Below, piece after piece: positions 48,457 through 62,438 of a stretch of DNA of 64,000 bases (within the stretch, counting starts at the first letter, position 1; each line of letters begins with the position of its first letter). Position numbers and translations under genes: made by a program. Under the pieces are notes generated by a model. The model was given only the letters and a program-made list of their open reading frames with translations. It made no database searches and had not been told where the DNA came from. The DNA lies in contig CAWFKH010000003.1 in assembly GCA_963816355.1 (NCBI GenBank), positions 544,001 through 608,000 of the forward strand, in the 5' to 3' direction. Source of the DNA: an uncultured Gemmatimonadales bacterium (GTDB lineage: Bacteria; Gemmatimonadota; Gemmatimonadetes; Longimicrobiales; RSA9).

Positions 48457-49743
48457 ATGCCCACGTTCCAGAGCCTGCCCGGTTTTCGCGACTTTTTCCC
48501 CGCCGAATTCGCGCTCCGCGCCCACATCTTCGCCGCCTGGCGAGAGGCGGCGAAGCGCTACGGATTCGAGGAGTACGACGGTCCGCCGCTCGAGCCGCTC
48601 GATCTCTATACGGCGAAGAGCGGTGAGGAGATCGTCGAGCAGCTCTACGCGTTCGAGGACAAGGGCGGCCGCGCCGTCGCGCTGCGACCGGAGATGACGC
48701 CGTCGCTCGCGCGGATGGCGGGTGCGCGCGCGCGCTCGCTTCCCAAGCCGTTGCGCTGGTTCTCGATCCCGCAGCTCTTCCGCTACGAGCGCACGCAGCG
48801 CGGCCGCCTGCGCGAGCACTTCCAGTGGAACGTCGACATCGTCGGCGAGGAGGATCCGGCGGCGGACGCCGAGGTGCTCGCCGTCGGCCTGGAGGCGCTG
48901 CGGCTGCTCGGTCTCGCCGAGGAGGACGTGGTCGCGCGCATCAACGACCGGCGCCTGCTCGAGCGGCTGCTGCTCAACGCCGGCGTCGCGCCGGCCGCAC
49001 TGGCGCGGGCGTACGCAGCCGTCGACAAGCTGGGGCGCGAGCCGGACGAGCGCGTGGCCGAGCGGCTCGCGCGCGCCGGCCTCTCCGCCGAGGTGGTGTC
49101 GGGCGTCTTCGCCATCTTCGAGATGGACGGCCTGGAGCACGTGGCGGATGCGTACGGCGGCGTTCCGGGCGTGGCGGCGGAGCTGGAGCGGCTGCGCGCC
49201 TACTTCGCCGCGCTCGAGGACCTGGGCTTCGGCGGCTTCCTGCGCTACGATCCCCGCATCGTCCGCGGCCTCGCCTACTATACCGGCATCGTCTTCGAGA
49301 TCTTCGACCGCCGCGGCGAGCTGCGCGCGGTGTGTGGCGGTGGCCGCTACGACGACCTGCTCGGCGCCATCGGGGGCGAACCGCTGCCCGCGCTCGGCTT
49401 CGGCATGGGCGATGTCGTCCTCGGCGAGCTACTTCGGGAGCGCGACCTGCTGCCGCCGGACGGCACCGCCGTCGACTACTACCTCGTGGCGATCCGCGCC
49501 GAGGAGCGGGCGTACGTGCGCCGCCTCGCGGCGCGCCTGCGTCACGCCGGCCGCTCCGCCGTCTACGCCCTGCGCGACGCCTCCGTCAACAAGCAGTTCA
49601 AGGAAGCCGCGGCGCGCGGCGCCGCGCGCGCGATCGTGATCGGTCCGGAGGAGCGCGCGGAGGGCGTCGTCGTCGTGCGCGACATGGCGAGCGGCGAGGA
49701 GCGCCGCGTCGCGCCGGACGCGCTGGAGCGCGACGGTGGGTGA
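48457..49743 (+). CDS. hisS: Histidine--tRNA ligase
   Basis: LRPEMT, FRYER, RGLAYYTG, GGGRYD. Confidence 0.96.
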   Translation: MPTFQSLPGFRDFFPAEFALRAHIFAAWREAAKRYGFEEYDGPPLEPLDLYTAKSGEEIVEQLYAFEDKGGRAVALRPEMTPSLARMAGARARSLPKPLRWFSIPQLFRYERTQRGRLREHFQWNVDIVGEEDPAADAEVLAVGLEALRLLGLAEEDVVARINDRRLLERLLLNAGVAPAALARAYAAVDKLGREPDERVAERLARAGLSAEVVSGVFAIFEMDGLEHVADAYGGVPGVAAELERLRAYFAALEDLGFGGFLRYDPRIVRGLAYYTGIVFEIFDRRGELRAVCGGGRYDDLLGAIGGEPLPALGFGMGDVVLGELLRERDLLPPDGTAVDYYLVAIRAEERAYVRRLAARLRHAGRSAVYALRDASVNKQFKEAAARGAARAIVIGPEERAEGVVVVRDMASGEERRVAPDALERDGG

Positions 49744-50041
49744 GCGTTCGGTCGAGCGGCTCGACGCGGAGCGCCGGCGCATCCTGCGCCGGGCGGCGCT
49801 CTACACGTACGGCTTCCTCGTGCTCGCGATCGTCGTCGCTGTCGGAGGCTCGGCCTTCATCGCGTGGATTTTCACGGCGACCGGGCTGGGGTTCCTGCCC
49901 GTCTGGCTCGTGCTCAGCGCGGTGACGCTCGGCGTCCCGGCGCTGGGGCAGTTGGCGCGGGCCCTCCTCAGACGCGACGGCGGCGAGCGACCGTCCACAC
50001 GCACACCGACCCCGGGACCATGGCCGAAGAGAAGAAGCTGA
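49736..50041 (+). CDS. Small two-TM hypothetical protein
   Basis: Two hydrophobic segments; overlaps the hisS stop and the proS start. Confidence 0.65.
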   Translation: MGERSVERLDAERRRILRRAALYTYGFLVLAIVVAVGGSAFIAWIFTATGLGFLPVWLVLSAVTLGVPALGQLARALLRRDGGERPSTRTPTPGPWPKRRS

Positions 50042-51483
50042 CGACGCGCGCCGCCGACTTCAGCGCGTGGTACAACGAGGTCGTCCTGCGCGCCGAGCTC
50101 GCCGACTACTCGCCGGTGCGCGGCTGCATGGTGATCCGCCCGTGGGGCTACGCGATCTGGGAGCGGATGCAGGGCGCGCTGGACGCGATGTTCAAGGAGA
50201 CCGGCCACCAGAACGCGTACTTCCCGCTGCTCCTGCCGCAGAGTTTCCTGGAGCGGGAGAAGGCGCACGTCGAGGGCTTCGCGCCGGAAGTCGCGGTCGT
50301 CACGCACGCCGGCGGCAAGGAGCTGGAGGAGCCGCTCGTCATCCGGCCCACCTCCGAGACGATCATCTACGACATGTTCGCGAAGTGGGTCCAGAGCTAC
50401 CGGGACCTGCCGCTGCTGATCAACCAGTGGGCGAACGTCGTGCGCTGGGAGATGCGCACGCGGCTCTTCCTGCGCACCACCGAATTCCTCTGGCAGGAGG
50501 GCCACACCGCCCACGCGAGCGAGGCGGAGGCGGAGGAGGAGACGCTGCGCATGCTCGGCGTCTACCGCGAGTTCATGGAGAGCTGGATGGCGATGCCGCC
50601 GGTCACCGGCCGCAAGACGGACGCCGAGCGCTTCGCGGGCGCGCTGCGCACGTATTCGTGCGAAGCCATGATGCAGGACAACCGCGCGCTGCAGGCCGGC
50701 ACGTCGCACGCCCTCGGCCAGAACTTCTCGCGCCAGTTCGATCTCCGCTTCCAGGCGGAGTCCGGCGCGGAGGAGTACGCCTGGAACACCTCGTGGGGCG
50801 TCTCCACCCGCCTCGTCGGCGGCCTCGTCATGACCCACGGCGACGACGTCGGCCTCGTCGTCCCACCGCGCCTCGCGCCGCACCAGGCCGTCGTCGTGCC
50901 GATCTTCCGCAAGGACGAGGAGCGCGCCACTGTCGTCGGCAAGGCGGAGTCGATCGCCGCCGCGCTGCGCGAGGCGGGGGTGCGCGTCCACGTCGACGTC
51001 CGCGAGAACCTCTCGCCCGGCGCGAAGTTCTACGAATGGGAGCGGCGCGGCGTGCCGCTGCGGATGGAGATCGGTCCGCGCGACGTCGCGAGCGAGCAGG
51101 TCGTCCTGGTGCGCCGCTTCGTCGCCGCCGACGCGCCTCGCAAGGAGTCGGTGCCGGAGGGTGGCGTGGTGGCGGCCGTGCGCGAGCGCCTCGCCGCGCT
51201 GCAGGCGGGCCTCCTCGCGGCGGCGCTCGAACGCCGCGAGGCGCACTCGCACCGCGGCGTGGCGACGTACGACCGCTTCCGCGAGATCGTCGACGGCGAG
51301 GGCGGTTTCGTCTACGCCGGCTGGTGCGGCTCCGCGGCGTGCGAGGCCCGCGTCAAGGAGGAGACGAAGGCGACGATCCGCTGCCTGCCGTTCGCCGAGT
51401 TCCGCTCGCCGGATCCGCCGCAGCGCTGCCTCGTCTGCGGCGAGGCGGCGAGCGAGGAGGCGCTCTGGGCGAAGGCGTACTGA
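50020..51483 (+). CDS. proS: Proline--tRNA ligase (archaeal/eukaryote-like type)
   Basis: RPTSET, QWANVVRWE, EFLWQEGH, C-terminal AKAY; no INS editing domain. Confidence 0.96.
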   Translation: MAEEKKLTTRAADFSAWYNEVVLRAELADYSPVRGCMVIRPWGYAIWERMQGALDAMFKETGHQNAYFPLLLPQSFLEREKAHVEGFAPEVAVVTHAGGKELEEPLVIRPTSETIIYDMFAKWVQSYRDLPLLINQWANVVRWEMRTRLFLRTTEFLWQEGHTAHASEAEAEEETLRMLGVYREFMESWMAMPPVTGRKTDAERFAGALRTYSCEAMMQDNRALQAGTSHALGQNFSRQFDLRFQAESGAEEYAWNTSWGVSTRLVGGLVMTHGDDVGLVVPPRLAPHQAVVVPIFRKDEERATVVGKAESIAAALREAGVRVHVDVRENLSPGAKFYEWERRGVPLRMEIGPRDVASEQVVLVRRFVAADAPRKESVPEGGVVAAVRERLAALQAGLLAAALERREAHSHRGVATYDRFREIVDGEGGFVYAGWCGSAACEARVKEETKATIRCLPFAEFRSPDPPQRCLVCGEAASEEALWAKAY

Positions 51484-51485
51484 GC

Positions 51486-52751
51486 GTGGCGGTGCCGGAC
51501 GCGTTCGCCTACCGCGACGGCCGCCTCTTCTGCGACGATGTCGACCTCCACTCCGTCGTCGCCGAGCACGGGACCCCGCTCTACGTCTACAGCGCGCGTG
51601 CGCTGCTCGAGCGCTACGACGGCTTCCACGCCGCGTTCGCACCGCTCGATCGGCTCGTCGCCTATTCCGTCAAGGCGAACGCCAACCTCTCCATCCTGCG
51701 CCTGCTCGCGCGGCGCGGCGCGGGCGCCGACATCGTCAGCGGCGGCGAGCTGCACCGCGCGCTGCGGGCCGGCGTTCCGGCGGACCGCATCGTCTTCAGC
51801 GGCGTCGGCAAGACGGTGCGCGAGATGGCGGCGGCGCTGCGCGCGGGGATCTACGGCTTCAACGTGGAGAGCGAGGGCGAGCTGCGCGCCCTCTCCGATC
51901 TGGCGGTGGCGATGTCGACGGAGGCGCCGGTCGCGCTGCGGATCAACCCGGACATCGAGAGCCCGACGCCGCACCGGTACACGCGCACCGGCCACCGCGC
52001 GACGAAGTTCGGCATCCCGGCCGAGCAGGGAGCGGCGCTCTATCGCCTGGCTCGCGGCCTGCCGGGCGTGCGCCCGCGCGGCATCGACGTCCACATCGGC
52101 AGCCAGATCCTGGACCCGGAGCCCTACCGGGCGGCGCTGCTCGAGGTCCTGGCGATGGTCGACGGCCTGCGCGAGGAGGGGATCGTGCTCGAGTACCTCG
52201 ACCTGGGCGGCGGCTTCGGCATCGCGTACGGCCCCGAGGCCGCGGTGTCCGCCGCCGACTTCGCCGGGCGCGTCGTTCCGCACCTCGCCGCCGCCGGCCT
52301 GCGGCTGGTGCTCGAACCCGGCCGCTTCATCGTCGGCCCCGCCGGCGTGCTCCTCGCCCGCGTCCTCTACGTCAAGGAGATGGGACCGAAGACCTTCGTC
52401 GTCACCGACGCGGGCATGAACGACCTGCTGCGTCCGAGCCACTACGCGAGCTGGCACGACGTGCGGCCCGCCGAGCTGCGCGCGGGGCGGGACGACGTCG
52501 CCGTCGACGTCGTCGGCCCGATCTGCGAATCCGGCGACTTCCTCGCGCTCGACCGCGCGATCCCGCGCGTCGAGAGCGGCGAGCTGCTGGCGGTATTCAC
52601 GGTGGGCGCGTACGGTTTCTCGATGGCCTCCACCTACAACCAGCGGCCGCGCCCGGCGGAGGTGCTCGTGGAGGGGGAACGGGCACGCCTGATCCGGGCC
52701 CGCGAGGACTACGACGACCTGCTCGACGGCGAGGTCGAGCTCCTGGAGTAG
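51486..52751 (+). CDS. lysA: Diaminopimelate decarboxylase
   Basis: [23 protein letters not shown]. Confidence 0.95.
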   Translation: MAVPDAFAYRDGRLFCDDVDLHSVVAEHGTPLYVYSARALLERYDGFHAAFAPLDRLVAYSVKANANLSILRLLARRGAGADIVSGGELHRALRAGVPADRIVFSGVGKTVREMAAALRAGIYGFNVESEGELRALSDLAVAMSTEAPVALRINPDIESPTPHRYTRTGHRATKFGIPAEQGAALYRLARGLPGVRPRGIDVHIGSQILDPEPYRAALLEVLAMVDGLREEGIVLEYLDLGGGFGIAYGPEAAVSAADFAGRVVPHLAAAGLRLVLEPGRFIVGPAGVLLARVLYVKEMGPKTFVVTDAGMNDLLRPSHYASWHDVRPAELRAGRDDVAVDVVGPICESGDFLALDRAIPRVESGELLAVFTVGAYGFSMASTYNQRPRPAEVLVEGERARLIRAREDYDDLLDGEVELLE

Positions 52752-52764
52752 CGAAACGGGGACC

Positions 52765-54303
52765 ATGCGCGATCGCATCCTGATTCTCGACTACGGCTCG
52801 CAGTTCACGCAGCTCATCGCGCGGCGCATCCGCGAGGAGCGCGTCTACTGCGAGATCCATCCGCCCACGGTGACACTCGACTGGATCGGTGAGTGGCGGC
52901 CGAAGGGGATCGTGCTTTCCGGCGGCCCGGCGTCCGTTTACGGCGACGACGTGCCGAGCGCCGACGCCCGTCTCCTGCGCCTCGGCGTGCCGGTCCTGGG
53001 CATCTGCTACGGCATGCAGCTCGTCGCCCACCTCGAGGGCGGCCACGTGGTCCACGGCAAGCGGGAATACGGCCGCGCCGAGATCGAAATCCTGACCGCG
53101 GACGACCTCTTCGACGGCTTCGAGGAGGGCGGCCGCGAGGGCGTCTGGATGAGCCACGGCGACCACGTCGTCGAGCCGCCGCCCGGCTACCGCGTCCTCG
53201 CCCGCACCGCCTCGCTGCCGGTCGCCGCGTTTCGCGCCGAGGACCGCCCGGTCTTCGGCGTCCAGTTCCACCCCGAGGTCGCGCACACGCCCCGCGGCGA
53301 CGAGATCCTCTCCAACTTCGTCTTCCGCATCTGCGGCTGCGAGCCGGACTGGACCGCCGGCTCCTTCATCGACGACGCCGTCGCCCGCATCCGCGAGCAG
53401 GTCGGCGACGCGCGCATCATCTGCGGCCTCTCCGGCGGCGTCGATTCCTCCGTCGCGGCCGCGCTCGTGTACCGCGCCGTGGGCGACGGGCTCACCTGCA
53501 TCTTCGTCGACCACGGCCTCCTGCGGCGCGGCGAGCGGGAGTCGGTCGAGCGCACGTTCCGCCGCCACCTCGGCGTTCCGCTCGTCGTGGTGGACGCCGC
53601 GGAGCGCTTCCTCGAGCGGCTCGACGGCGTCATCGACCCGGAGGAGAAGCGGCGGCGCATCGGCGCCACGTTCATCCGCGTCTTCGAGGAGGCGGCGCGG
53701 CAGGCGGGCCAGGCGGGGTTCCTGGTGCAGGGCACGCTCTACCCGGACGTGATCGAGTCGCTCTCGGTGCGCGGCCCGTCGGCGACGATCAAGACGCACC
53801 ACAATGTGGGCGGCCTTCCGCCGGACATGAAGTTCAGCCTGGTGGAGCCGCTGCGGGAGCTCTTCAAGGACGAGGTGCGGCGCGTGGGGCGCGAGCTGGG
53901 GCTGCCGGAGGAGATGGTCGGCCGCCATCCGTTCCCGGGCCCCGGCCTCGCGATCCGCATCCTCGGCGAGGTCACCGGGGAGCGTCTCGAGACCCTGCGC
54001 GCCGCCGACGCGATCTACCTCGAGGAGATCCGCGAGGCGGGGCTCTATGACGAGATCTGGCAGGCGTTCGCGGTGCTGCTGCCGGTCCGCAGCGTGGGCG
54101 TGATGGGCGACGCCCGCACCTACGACTGGACCGTCGCGCTCCGCGCCGTGACCAGCCGCGACGGCATGACCGCCGACTGGTTCCCCTTCCCGCACGACGT
54201 GCTCGCCCGCATCTCGTCGCGCATCATCAACGAGGTCGCGCGCGTAAATCGGGTGTGCTACGACGTGAGCTCGAAGCCGCCGTCGACGATCGAGTGGGAG
54301 TGA
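52765..54303 (+). CDS. guaA: GMP synthase (glutamine-hydrolysing)
   Basis: [27 protein letters not shown]. Confidence 0.98.
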   Translation: MRDRILILDYGSQFTQLIARRIREERVYCEIHPPTVTLDWIGEWRPKGIVLSGGPASVYGDDVPSADARLLRLGVPVLGICYGMQLVAHLEGGHVVHGKREYGRAEIEILTADDLFDGFEEGGREGVWMSHGDHVVEPPPGYRVLARTASLPVAAFRAEDRPVFGVQFHPEVAHTPRGDEILSNFVFRICGCEPDWTAGSFIDDAVARIREQVGDARIICGLSGGVDSSVAAALVYRAVGDGLTCIFVDHGLLRRGERESVERTFRRHLGVPLVVVDAAERFLERLDGVIDPEEKRRRIGATFIRVFEEAARQAGQAGFLVQGTLYPDVIESLSVRGPSATIKTHHNVGGLPPDMKFSLVEPLRELFKDEVRRVGRELGLPEEMVGRHPFPGPGLAIRILGEVTGERLETLRAADAIYLEEIREAGLYDEIWQAFAVLLPVRSVGVMGDARTYDWTVALRAVTSRDGMTADWFPFPHDVLARISSRIINEVARVNRVCYDVSSKPPSTIEWE

Positions 54304-54646
54304 GCGACGCGGCCGCGCTGTCTTCTCCCGGGCGCCCTTCCTCGAAGGCGTCCACCGCATCGCCGATCTCCTCCCACACGCCGCGCATGAACATGACGTC
54401 GTCGGCGTGCCGCCGGACGAAGTCGCGCAGCGCCTCGGGAGACGCGCCGTGCTCGCGCAGGATCGCCGCCTTGCGCCGCTCGAAGTCGGCGGGCGACGTC
54501 GCCGCGACGCGCGCCTCGCGCAGCGCGACGTACGTCTGCACGAACGCCTCGCGCGAGAGCCCGGCCGCGGCCGTCGCCGGCTGACCACGGCACGCGCCGA
54601 GCAGCAACACGGCCAGGACGACGACCGACGCAAGGAGCCTCTTCAT
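54227..54646 (-). CDS. Lipoprotein (DUF4296-like)
   Basis: [19 protein letters not shown] lipobox; helical [15 protein letters not shown]...VWEEI. Confidence 0.7.
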   Translation of the reverse strand: MKRLLASVVVLAVLLLGACRGQPATAAAGLSREAFVQTYVALREARVAATSPADFERRKAAILREHGASPEALRDFVRRHADDVMFMRGVWEEIGDAVDAFEEGRPGEDSAAASLTPTRSSTAASSSRRSTPDLRARPR

Positions 54647-56627
54647 GGGCACGGACCGTAGTCGCGACGACGATCGAGTGTCAAGGGCGCAGGGGCGCGG
54701 CGCCGCGCCCCTCGCGCTCGACCTCCTGCTCTCCGTGCGCGCGATCGCGGCCGGGATCCGGCCCGCCGTGGTCGGCGTCGCCGCGGTGGCGGTCGGAGGC
54801 GGCGCGGTCGCGGCGGTGCTGATGCGGCTCGGCGTCGCCGGCGCGACGCCCGGGCTGCGGCTTCCGGCTCCGGCCGCGCCCGGCTGGGACCTGCCCCACT
54901 GGCCGGGAGCGCGCGCGCCGGCGGCGCTCCAGAGCGCCGGCATGGCGCCCCTGCTGCACCTCCTGCTCGGCCTCTCCGTGCTGCTGCTCGCGCTCTCCTG
55001 CGTCACCGTCGTCTTCCTCGCCGCGGGCGAGCGTCGCGCCCGCGCCGGGGAGCGCGCGGTGCACGCCGCCGTGGGCGCGCCGCATCGCCGGCTGCGCCGC
55101 CAGCTCGCCCTCGAGGGGTTCCTCCTCGCCGCCGCGGGCTCCGCGATCGGCGTCCTCCTCGCCTTCACCGGCGCGCATCTGCTCGAGGCGCGCTGGCCGG
55201 GCACGGCCGCTCCGCTCGACGCTCTCGCGACGCCGCTCGTCTTCGGCGGCATCGCCGCCGCGGTCGTCCTCGCCTTTCTCGCCGGCGCGACCCTCGGCGG
55301 CCGCCCGGCCCGCGCGCTCGCGGAGAGGGAGGGCGCGGGCTCGGCGGCGTCGGCCTACGGCCGGCGGCTCGTCGCGCTGCAGCTCGCCGGCTCCGTCGCC
55401 GTGCTCTCCGGCGCCGGCCTGCTCCTGCGCTCGCCGGCCGCCCACGCCGGCGTGACGTCGGCGGCCGCCTCCGGCGCGACTCCGGAGGAGGGGGAGGGGC
55501 GAGGAGGCGCGTCGACCACGATCGTGCCGATCACGGTTGCGGGTGCCCCCGCGGCGCGCATCGAGGCGTTGGCGTCGCTGCTGCGATCGGCCGCGGCGAT
55601 CCCGGGCGCGAGCGCCGCGAGCGTGGCGAGTCGCGGCGCGTGGAATGGTGTGGGGATGGAGGACAACGTCCACGCGGAGTGCCGCCCCGCCTGCTTCAAG
55701 GGCGGCATGTGGGCGCCGATCGTGACGGAGCGCGTGCGCGAGCACGCGATCGGTCCGCGCTTCTTCGACACGCTCGGGATCCACTTGCTGCAGGGCCGCG
55801 CCTTCTCGGACGCCGACGTGGCCGGCGCTCCGCGCGTGGCGGTGGTCGACCGCGCCTACGTCGTCTACGTCATCCAGAACCGGCCGGTGATCGGGTTGCG
55901 TGTTCAGGTGGGCGGTCCCGTCGGCGCGTGGTACACGATCGTCGGCGTCGTCGAGTCCGTCGCCGGCGTCGGACCGGGCGCCGCCTCGAAGACGACGCCG
56001 ACGCTCTACCTCTCCGCGCTGCAGCACCCGCCGGCGGCGGCCGATCTGCTCGTGCGCGGGCGGGGTGGCCCACCGCTGCCCGCGGACGTGCGGGCCGCCG
56101 TGCAGGGCCCCGCGTCCGCCGGCCGCACCCGCGCGGCGACCGAGGCCGCCCCCGCGGTCGGCCGCGCTGCGGGCGCGAGCGCGGTCGGCGACCCCGCCAC
56201 GCTCGCGGCGGCGCGCCGCGCGGCCGCCGCTCCGATCGTGTGGTTCGGCGGCGTCGCGCTCTGGCTCGGCGCGCTCACCGCGGCGATCGCCGTGATCGGC
56301 GTCTACGCCGCGATGTCGCTCGAGGTGGGCCGCCGGCGCGCCGAGATCGGGTTGCACCGCGCGGTGGGTGGCACGCGCGCCCGCATCGTCCGCATGGTGC
56401 TCGGCGAGACGGCGGCCGTCGCGCTCTCCGGCGTCGGCCTCGGCGCGTTCGGCGCCTTCGCCCTGGCCCGCTTCGCCGCCGAGCGCCTCGCGGGCGTGCC
56501 CTCCTTCGATCCGCTCGCCGTGGCCGCCGCCGCCGCCCTCCTCGGCGCCGTCGCGATCGCTGCGGCGTGGCGCCCCGCGCGCGCGGCGTCGCGCGTCCCC
56601 CCGGCCGAGGCGCTCGGCGCGGAGTAG
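54645..56627 (+). CDS. MacB/FtsX-family ABC permease (duplicated type, shortened; start uncertain)
   Basis: ERAVHAAVGA, RLVALQLA, IGPRFFDTLGI..GRAF, RRAEIGLHRAVG, PARAASRVPP. Confidence 0.8.
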   Translation: MGTDRSRDDDRVSRAQGRGAAPLALDLLLSVRAIAAGIRPAVVGVAAVAVGGGAVAAVLMRLGVAGATPGLRLPAPAAPGWDLPHWPGARAPAALQSAGMAPLLHLLLGLSVLLLALSCVTVVFLAAGERRARAGERAVHAAVGAPHRRLRRQLALEGFLLAAAGSAIGVLLAFTGAHLLEARWPGTAAPLDALATPLVFGGIAAAVVLAFLAGATLGGRPARALAEREGAGSAASAYGRRLVALQLAGSVAVLSGAGLLLRSPAAHAGVTSAAASGATPEEGEGRGGASTTIVPITVAGAPAARIEALASLLRSAAAIPGASAASVASRGAWNGVGMEDNVHAECRPACFKGGMWAPIVTERVREHAIGPRFFDTLGIHLLQGRAFSDADVAGAPRVAVVDRAYVVYVIQNRPVIGLRVQVGGPVGAWYTIVGVVESVAGVGPGAASKTTPTLYLSALQHPPAAADLLVRGRGGPPLPADVRAAVQGPASAGRTRAATEAAPAVGRAAGASAVGDPATLAAARRAAAAPIVWFGGVALWLGALTAAIAVIGVYAAMSLEVGRRRAEIGLHRAVGGTRARIVRMVLGETAAVALSGVGLGAFGAFALARFAAERLAGVPSFDPLAVAAAAALLGAVAIAAAWRPARAASRVPPAEALGAE

Positions 56628-56804
56628 CCGCCTGCCGCCGACTGCTGCCCGGCGGCGACCGCGTGCTCAAGCGCTGCTGCCGCGCTTCGCGCACGGCTCG
56701 GCGGCCATCCGCCTTCGCGCGGCCGCACGCGACGCCCCTGGCGAAGCGCCGTCGCCCGCGCCACTTTCGGGCCTCGATCAAACGACTCTCGACAACGCCT
56801 TGCC

Positions 56805-59504
56805 ATGAACGACGTGCGTCTTCGTCCTTCTCGCGCCGCGCTCGCGCTCGCGCTGCTGCTGCACCCGCTCGCCGCGCTCGCGCAGCGGCCGCCGGCCGCG
56901 CCGCCCTCGCCCGCCGACGTGCTCGGCTACGGCTTCGGCGAGCGCTTCACGCCGCACGCCGACGTGCTGCGCTACATGCGGGCGCTGGCGGACGCGGCGC
57001 CGGAGCGCGTACACGTGGAGCGCTACGGCGCGACCGTGGAGGGCCGGCCGCTCGTGCAGGTGGTGATCGCGAGCGCGGCGAACATGGCCCACCTGGATGA
57101 GATCCTGGAGCGCCATCGCCGCCTCACGGATCCGGCGCTGCCCGAGGCGGAGGCCGCGCGCATCGCGGCGGAAGTGCCCGCCGTCGTCTACCTCAGCTAC
57201 GGCGTGCACGGCAACGAGAGCTCGTCGAGCGAGGCGTCGATGTGGACGGCGTGGGACGTGGTGCGCGGCGCGGAGGCGGTGCGCGGCGTGCTCGACTCGA
57301 CGATCGTCGTGATCGACCCGGCCGTGAACCCGGACGGCCGCGACCGCTACGTGACGTGGTACCGTCAGGCGCGGGGCCGGGAGCCGAACCCGGATCCGGC
57401 GTCGCGCGAGCACCACGAGCCGTGGCCGGGCGGCCGCTTCGACCATTACCTCTTCGACATGAACCGGGACTGGGCGTGGATGACGCAGGCGCCCACGCGC
57501 GCACGCCTCGCCACGTGGGACCGCTGGTCGCCGCAGGTGCACGTCGACTTCCACGAAATGTCGCCCACCTCGAGCTACTTCTTCTTTCCGGCGACGGAGC
57601 CGATCAACCCGATCTACCCGCAGTCGACGCTCGACTGGTCCGACTACTTCGGCCGCGCCAACGCCGCCGCCTTCGACGCGCACGGCTGGACGTACTTCAC
57701 GCACGGCACCTACGACTTCTTCTACCCCGGCTACGGCGACAGCTGGCCCGGCCTGACCGGCGCGATCGGCATGACCTACGAGCAGGCGGGCGGCGGCTCC
57801 GCCGGCCTCGCCTACGCCCGCCCCGACGGCGACACGCTCACGCTCGCCGACCGCGCCATGCACCACCGCGTGGCCGGCGACGCCACCCTCCGCGCCGCCG
57901 CCGCGCGCAAGACCGCGCTGCTCACCGACTACGCCCGCTTCCACCGCACCGTCGCGGACGGCCTCTCCGACTTCCTCCTCGTGCCCGGCGCCGACCCCGC
58001 CCGCGTCGACGCGCTCGTCGCGCTGCTGCAGGACGAGGGGATCCGCGTCGAGAACGCGGGTCGCGCGTTCCGCGCCGACGCCGCACCCTCCGCCGGGGCG
58101 CCACGCCGTCGCGATTTCCCCGCCGGCACCTTCCTCGTGCGCGCGCGCCAGCCACGCGGCCGGCTCGCCGTCACGCTGCTGCAGCCCGAGACCGTGCTCA
58201 AGGCGACCTTCTCCTACGACATCAGCGCCTGGTCGCTGCCTTACGCCTACGGCGTGCAGGCGTACGCCGTCGACCGCGCGCCCGACGCCGGCTGGAGCCC
58301 CGCCGCGCGCCGTGCCCGCATCTTCGACGACTCCGCGCTCGCCTCACCCGCTGCGACTCCGGTGTCCGGCGCCGGCGCCGCTGCTACCGGCGCCGCTGCT
58401 ACCGGCGCCGCTGCCGCGCCGTCCTCCGCCGTCGGCAACGCGCGGCCCGGCGCCGCGCCGTACGGGTACCTGGTGCCGCCCGGCTTCTCGAGCTGGCCGG
58501 GCGTGATCCGCTTCCTGCACGACGGCGGCCGCGCCAGCGTCCTGGACGAGCCCTTCACGCTGGCGGGGCGCGCGTGGCCGCGGGGCACCCTCTTCTTGCG
58601 CCCTGCGGCCGCGGGCGCGGCGGGTCAAGGTCCGGAGGCGGCGACCCGACCGCCGCGCCGCTCGCTCGAGGCGCTCGTGCGCGCGGCCGGCCTTGCCGCG
58701 CGCGCCAAGCCGGTCTCGACCGGCCTCACGCCCACCGGCAACGACCTCGGCACCGAGGACGCCTATCCGCTCCGCCTGCCGCGCGTCGGCGTGCTCGCCG
58801 GCGAGGGCGTGAACGCGACGTCGTACGGAGCGCACTGGTTCTTTCTCGAGCACTACCTGCGGCTGCCCTTCGATGCGCTCCTCACGGACCAGATCGGGCG
58901 TCTCGACCTGGACGACTACGACGTGATCGTCCTGCCCGATGCGCGCCCGGCCAGCGCCACCATCGACGCGCTCAAGGCGTGGGTGGAGAAGGGAGGCACA
59001 CTCGTCGCCGTCGGCGCCGGCGCGCGCGCCGTCGCCGAGCCGGTCGCGGGCGTCAAGGTGCGCGCCGCGCGCCCGGACTCCGCCGCCGCCGACTCCCTCG
59101 AGCGCGCGCTTCGCGGCCGCGCGCAGCGCGAGCTCGACCGCTGGGAGCAGGACGTTCCCGGCACCATCCTCGACGTCACCCTCGACCCCGCCAACCCGCT
59201 CGCCTTCGGCGCCGGCATCGACGGCGACACGACGCGCATGTTCGTGCTCCACAGCTCCGACTGGGACTTCGAGCCGAACACCGCCGTCGAGACCGCCGCC
59301 TACTTCCCCCCGAACCTCGACAAGGTCAGCGGCGTGATCAGTCAGGAGAACCTCGACCGCCTGGCCCGCGGCGCCTGGCTCCTCACCCGCCGAGTCAAGC
59401 AGGGAAGGGTGATCCTCTTCGCCGACGACCCCCTCTTCCGCTCCTTCTGGTTCTCCGGCTTCCAGCCCTACGCCAACGCGCTCCTCGTCGGGCCGCGTAT
59501 GTGA
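56805..59504 (+). CDS. Secreted M14 zinc carboxypeptidase-family protein
   Basis: Signal peptide, HGNE, NPDG, DMNRDW, DFHEM. Confidence 0.9.
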   Translation: MNDVRLRPSRAALALALLLHPLAALAQRPPAAPPSPADVLGYGFGERFTPHADVLRYMRALADAAPERVHVERYGATVEGRPLVQVVIASAANMAHLDEILERHRRLTDPALPEAEAARIAAEVPAVVYLSYGVHGNESSSSEASMWTAWDVVRGAEAVRGVLDSTIVVIDPAVNPDGRDRYVTWYRQARGREPNPDPASREHHEPWPGGRFDHYLFDMNRDWAWMTQAPTRARLATWDRWSPQVHVDFHEMSPTSSYFFFPATEPINPIYPQSTLDWSDYFGRANAAAFDAHGWTYFTHGTYDFFYPGYGDSWPGLTGAIGMTYEQAGGGSAGLAYARPDGDTLTLADRAMHHRVAGDATLRAAAARKTALLTDYARFHRTVADGLSDFLLVPGADPARVDALVALLQDEGIRVENAGRAFRADAAPSAGAPRRRDFPAGTFLVRARQPRGRLAVTLLQPETVLKATFSYDISAWSLPYAYGVQAYAVDRAPDAGWSPAARRARIFDDSALASPAATPVSGAGAAATGAAATGAAAAPSSAVGNARPGAAPYGYLVPPGFSSWPGVIRFLHDGGRASVLDEPFTLAGRAWPRGTLFLRPAAAGAAGQGPEAATRPPRRSLEALVRAAGLAARAKPVSTGLTPTGNDLGTEDAYPLRLPRVGVLAGEGVNATSYGAHWFFLEHYLRLPFDALLTDQIGRLDLDDYDVIVLPDARPASATIDALKAWVEKGGTLVAVGAGARAVAEPVAGVKVRAARPDSAAADSLERALRGRAQRELDRWEQDVPGTILDVTLDPANPLAFGAGIDGDTTRMFVLHSSDWDFEPNTAVETAAYFPPNLDKVSGVISQENLDRLARGAWLLTRRVKQGRVILFADDPLFRSFWFSGFQPYANALLVGPRM

Positions 59505-59641
59505 GGGCAGGGCCGGCGGCGCAGGCTGCCCGCCGGCAGATGAGCGGCGTCACCCCGGGAGCACGCCGGGGTCCAGCACGTCGAAGACCGCGCGCACCTC
59601 CGCATGACAGTCGAAGAGCCGTCGCGTCCCGCGGCGATCCC

Positions 59642-59678
59642 CTGCCAGCATGGCAGCCCGGGCAGGCACACGCCTTGC
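59642..59678 (+). promoter_or_regulatory. Palindrome plus sigma54-type promoter upstream of clpB
   Basis: CTGCCA-gca-TGGCAG (59642-59656); AGGCACACGCCTTGC with GG-N10-GC (59665-59678). Confidence 0.6.
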
Positions 59679-59720
59679 CCCTCGACACGACGCGACATTC
59701 CTTCACATGACGAGGCATAA

Positions 59721-62336
<2,616 letters not shown>

Positions 62337-62358
62337 CGCCGCGGGCGCCGCGCCTCGC

Positions 62359-62387
62359 TTGACACGGCCCGCGGCGCCGGCGACAAT
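62359..62387 (+). promoter_or_regulatory. Sigma70-type promoter
   Basis: TTGACA-17nt-GACAAT. Confidence 0.55.
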
Positions 62388-62438
62388 GGAGGCCGCGACC
62401 TCACGGTCGCGGCCTTCTCTCCCGCCGTCGACGATCCG

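Noticed and set aside
56628..56800. Possible structured RNA between the permease and the M14 peptidase
   Set aside because: Only short GC-rich stems expected by chance; no recognisable riboswitch motif
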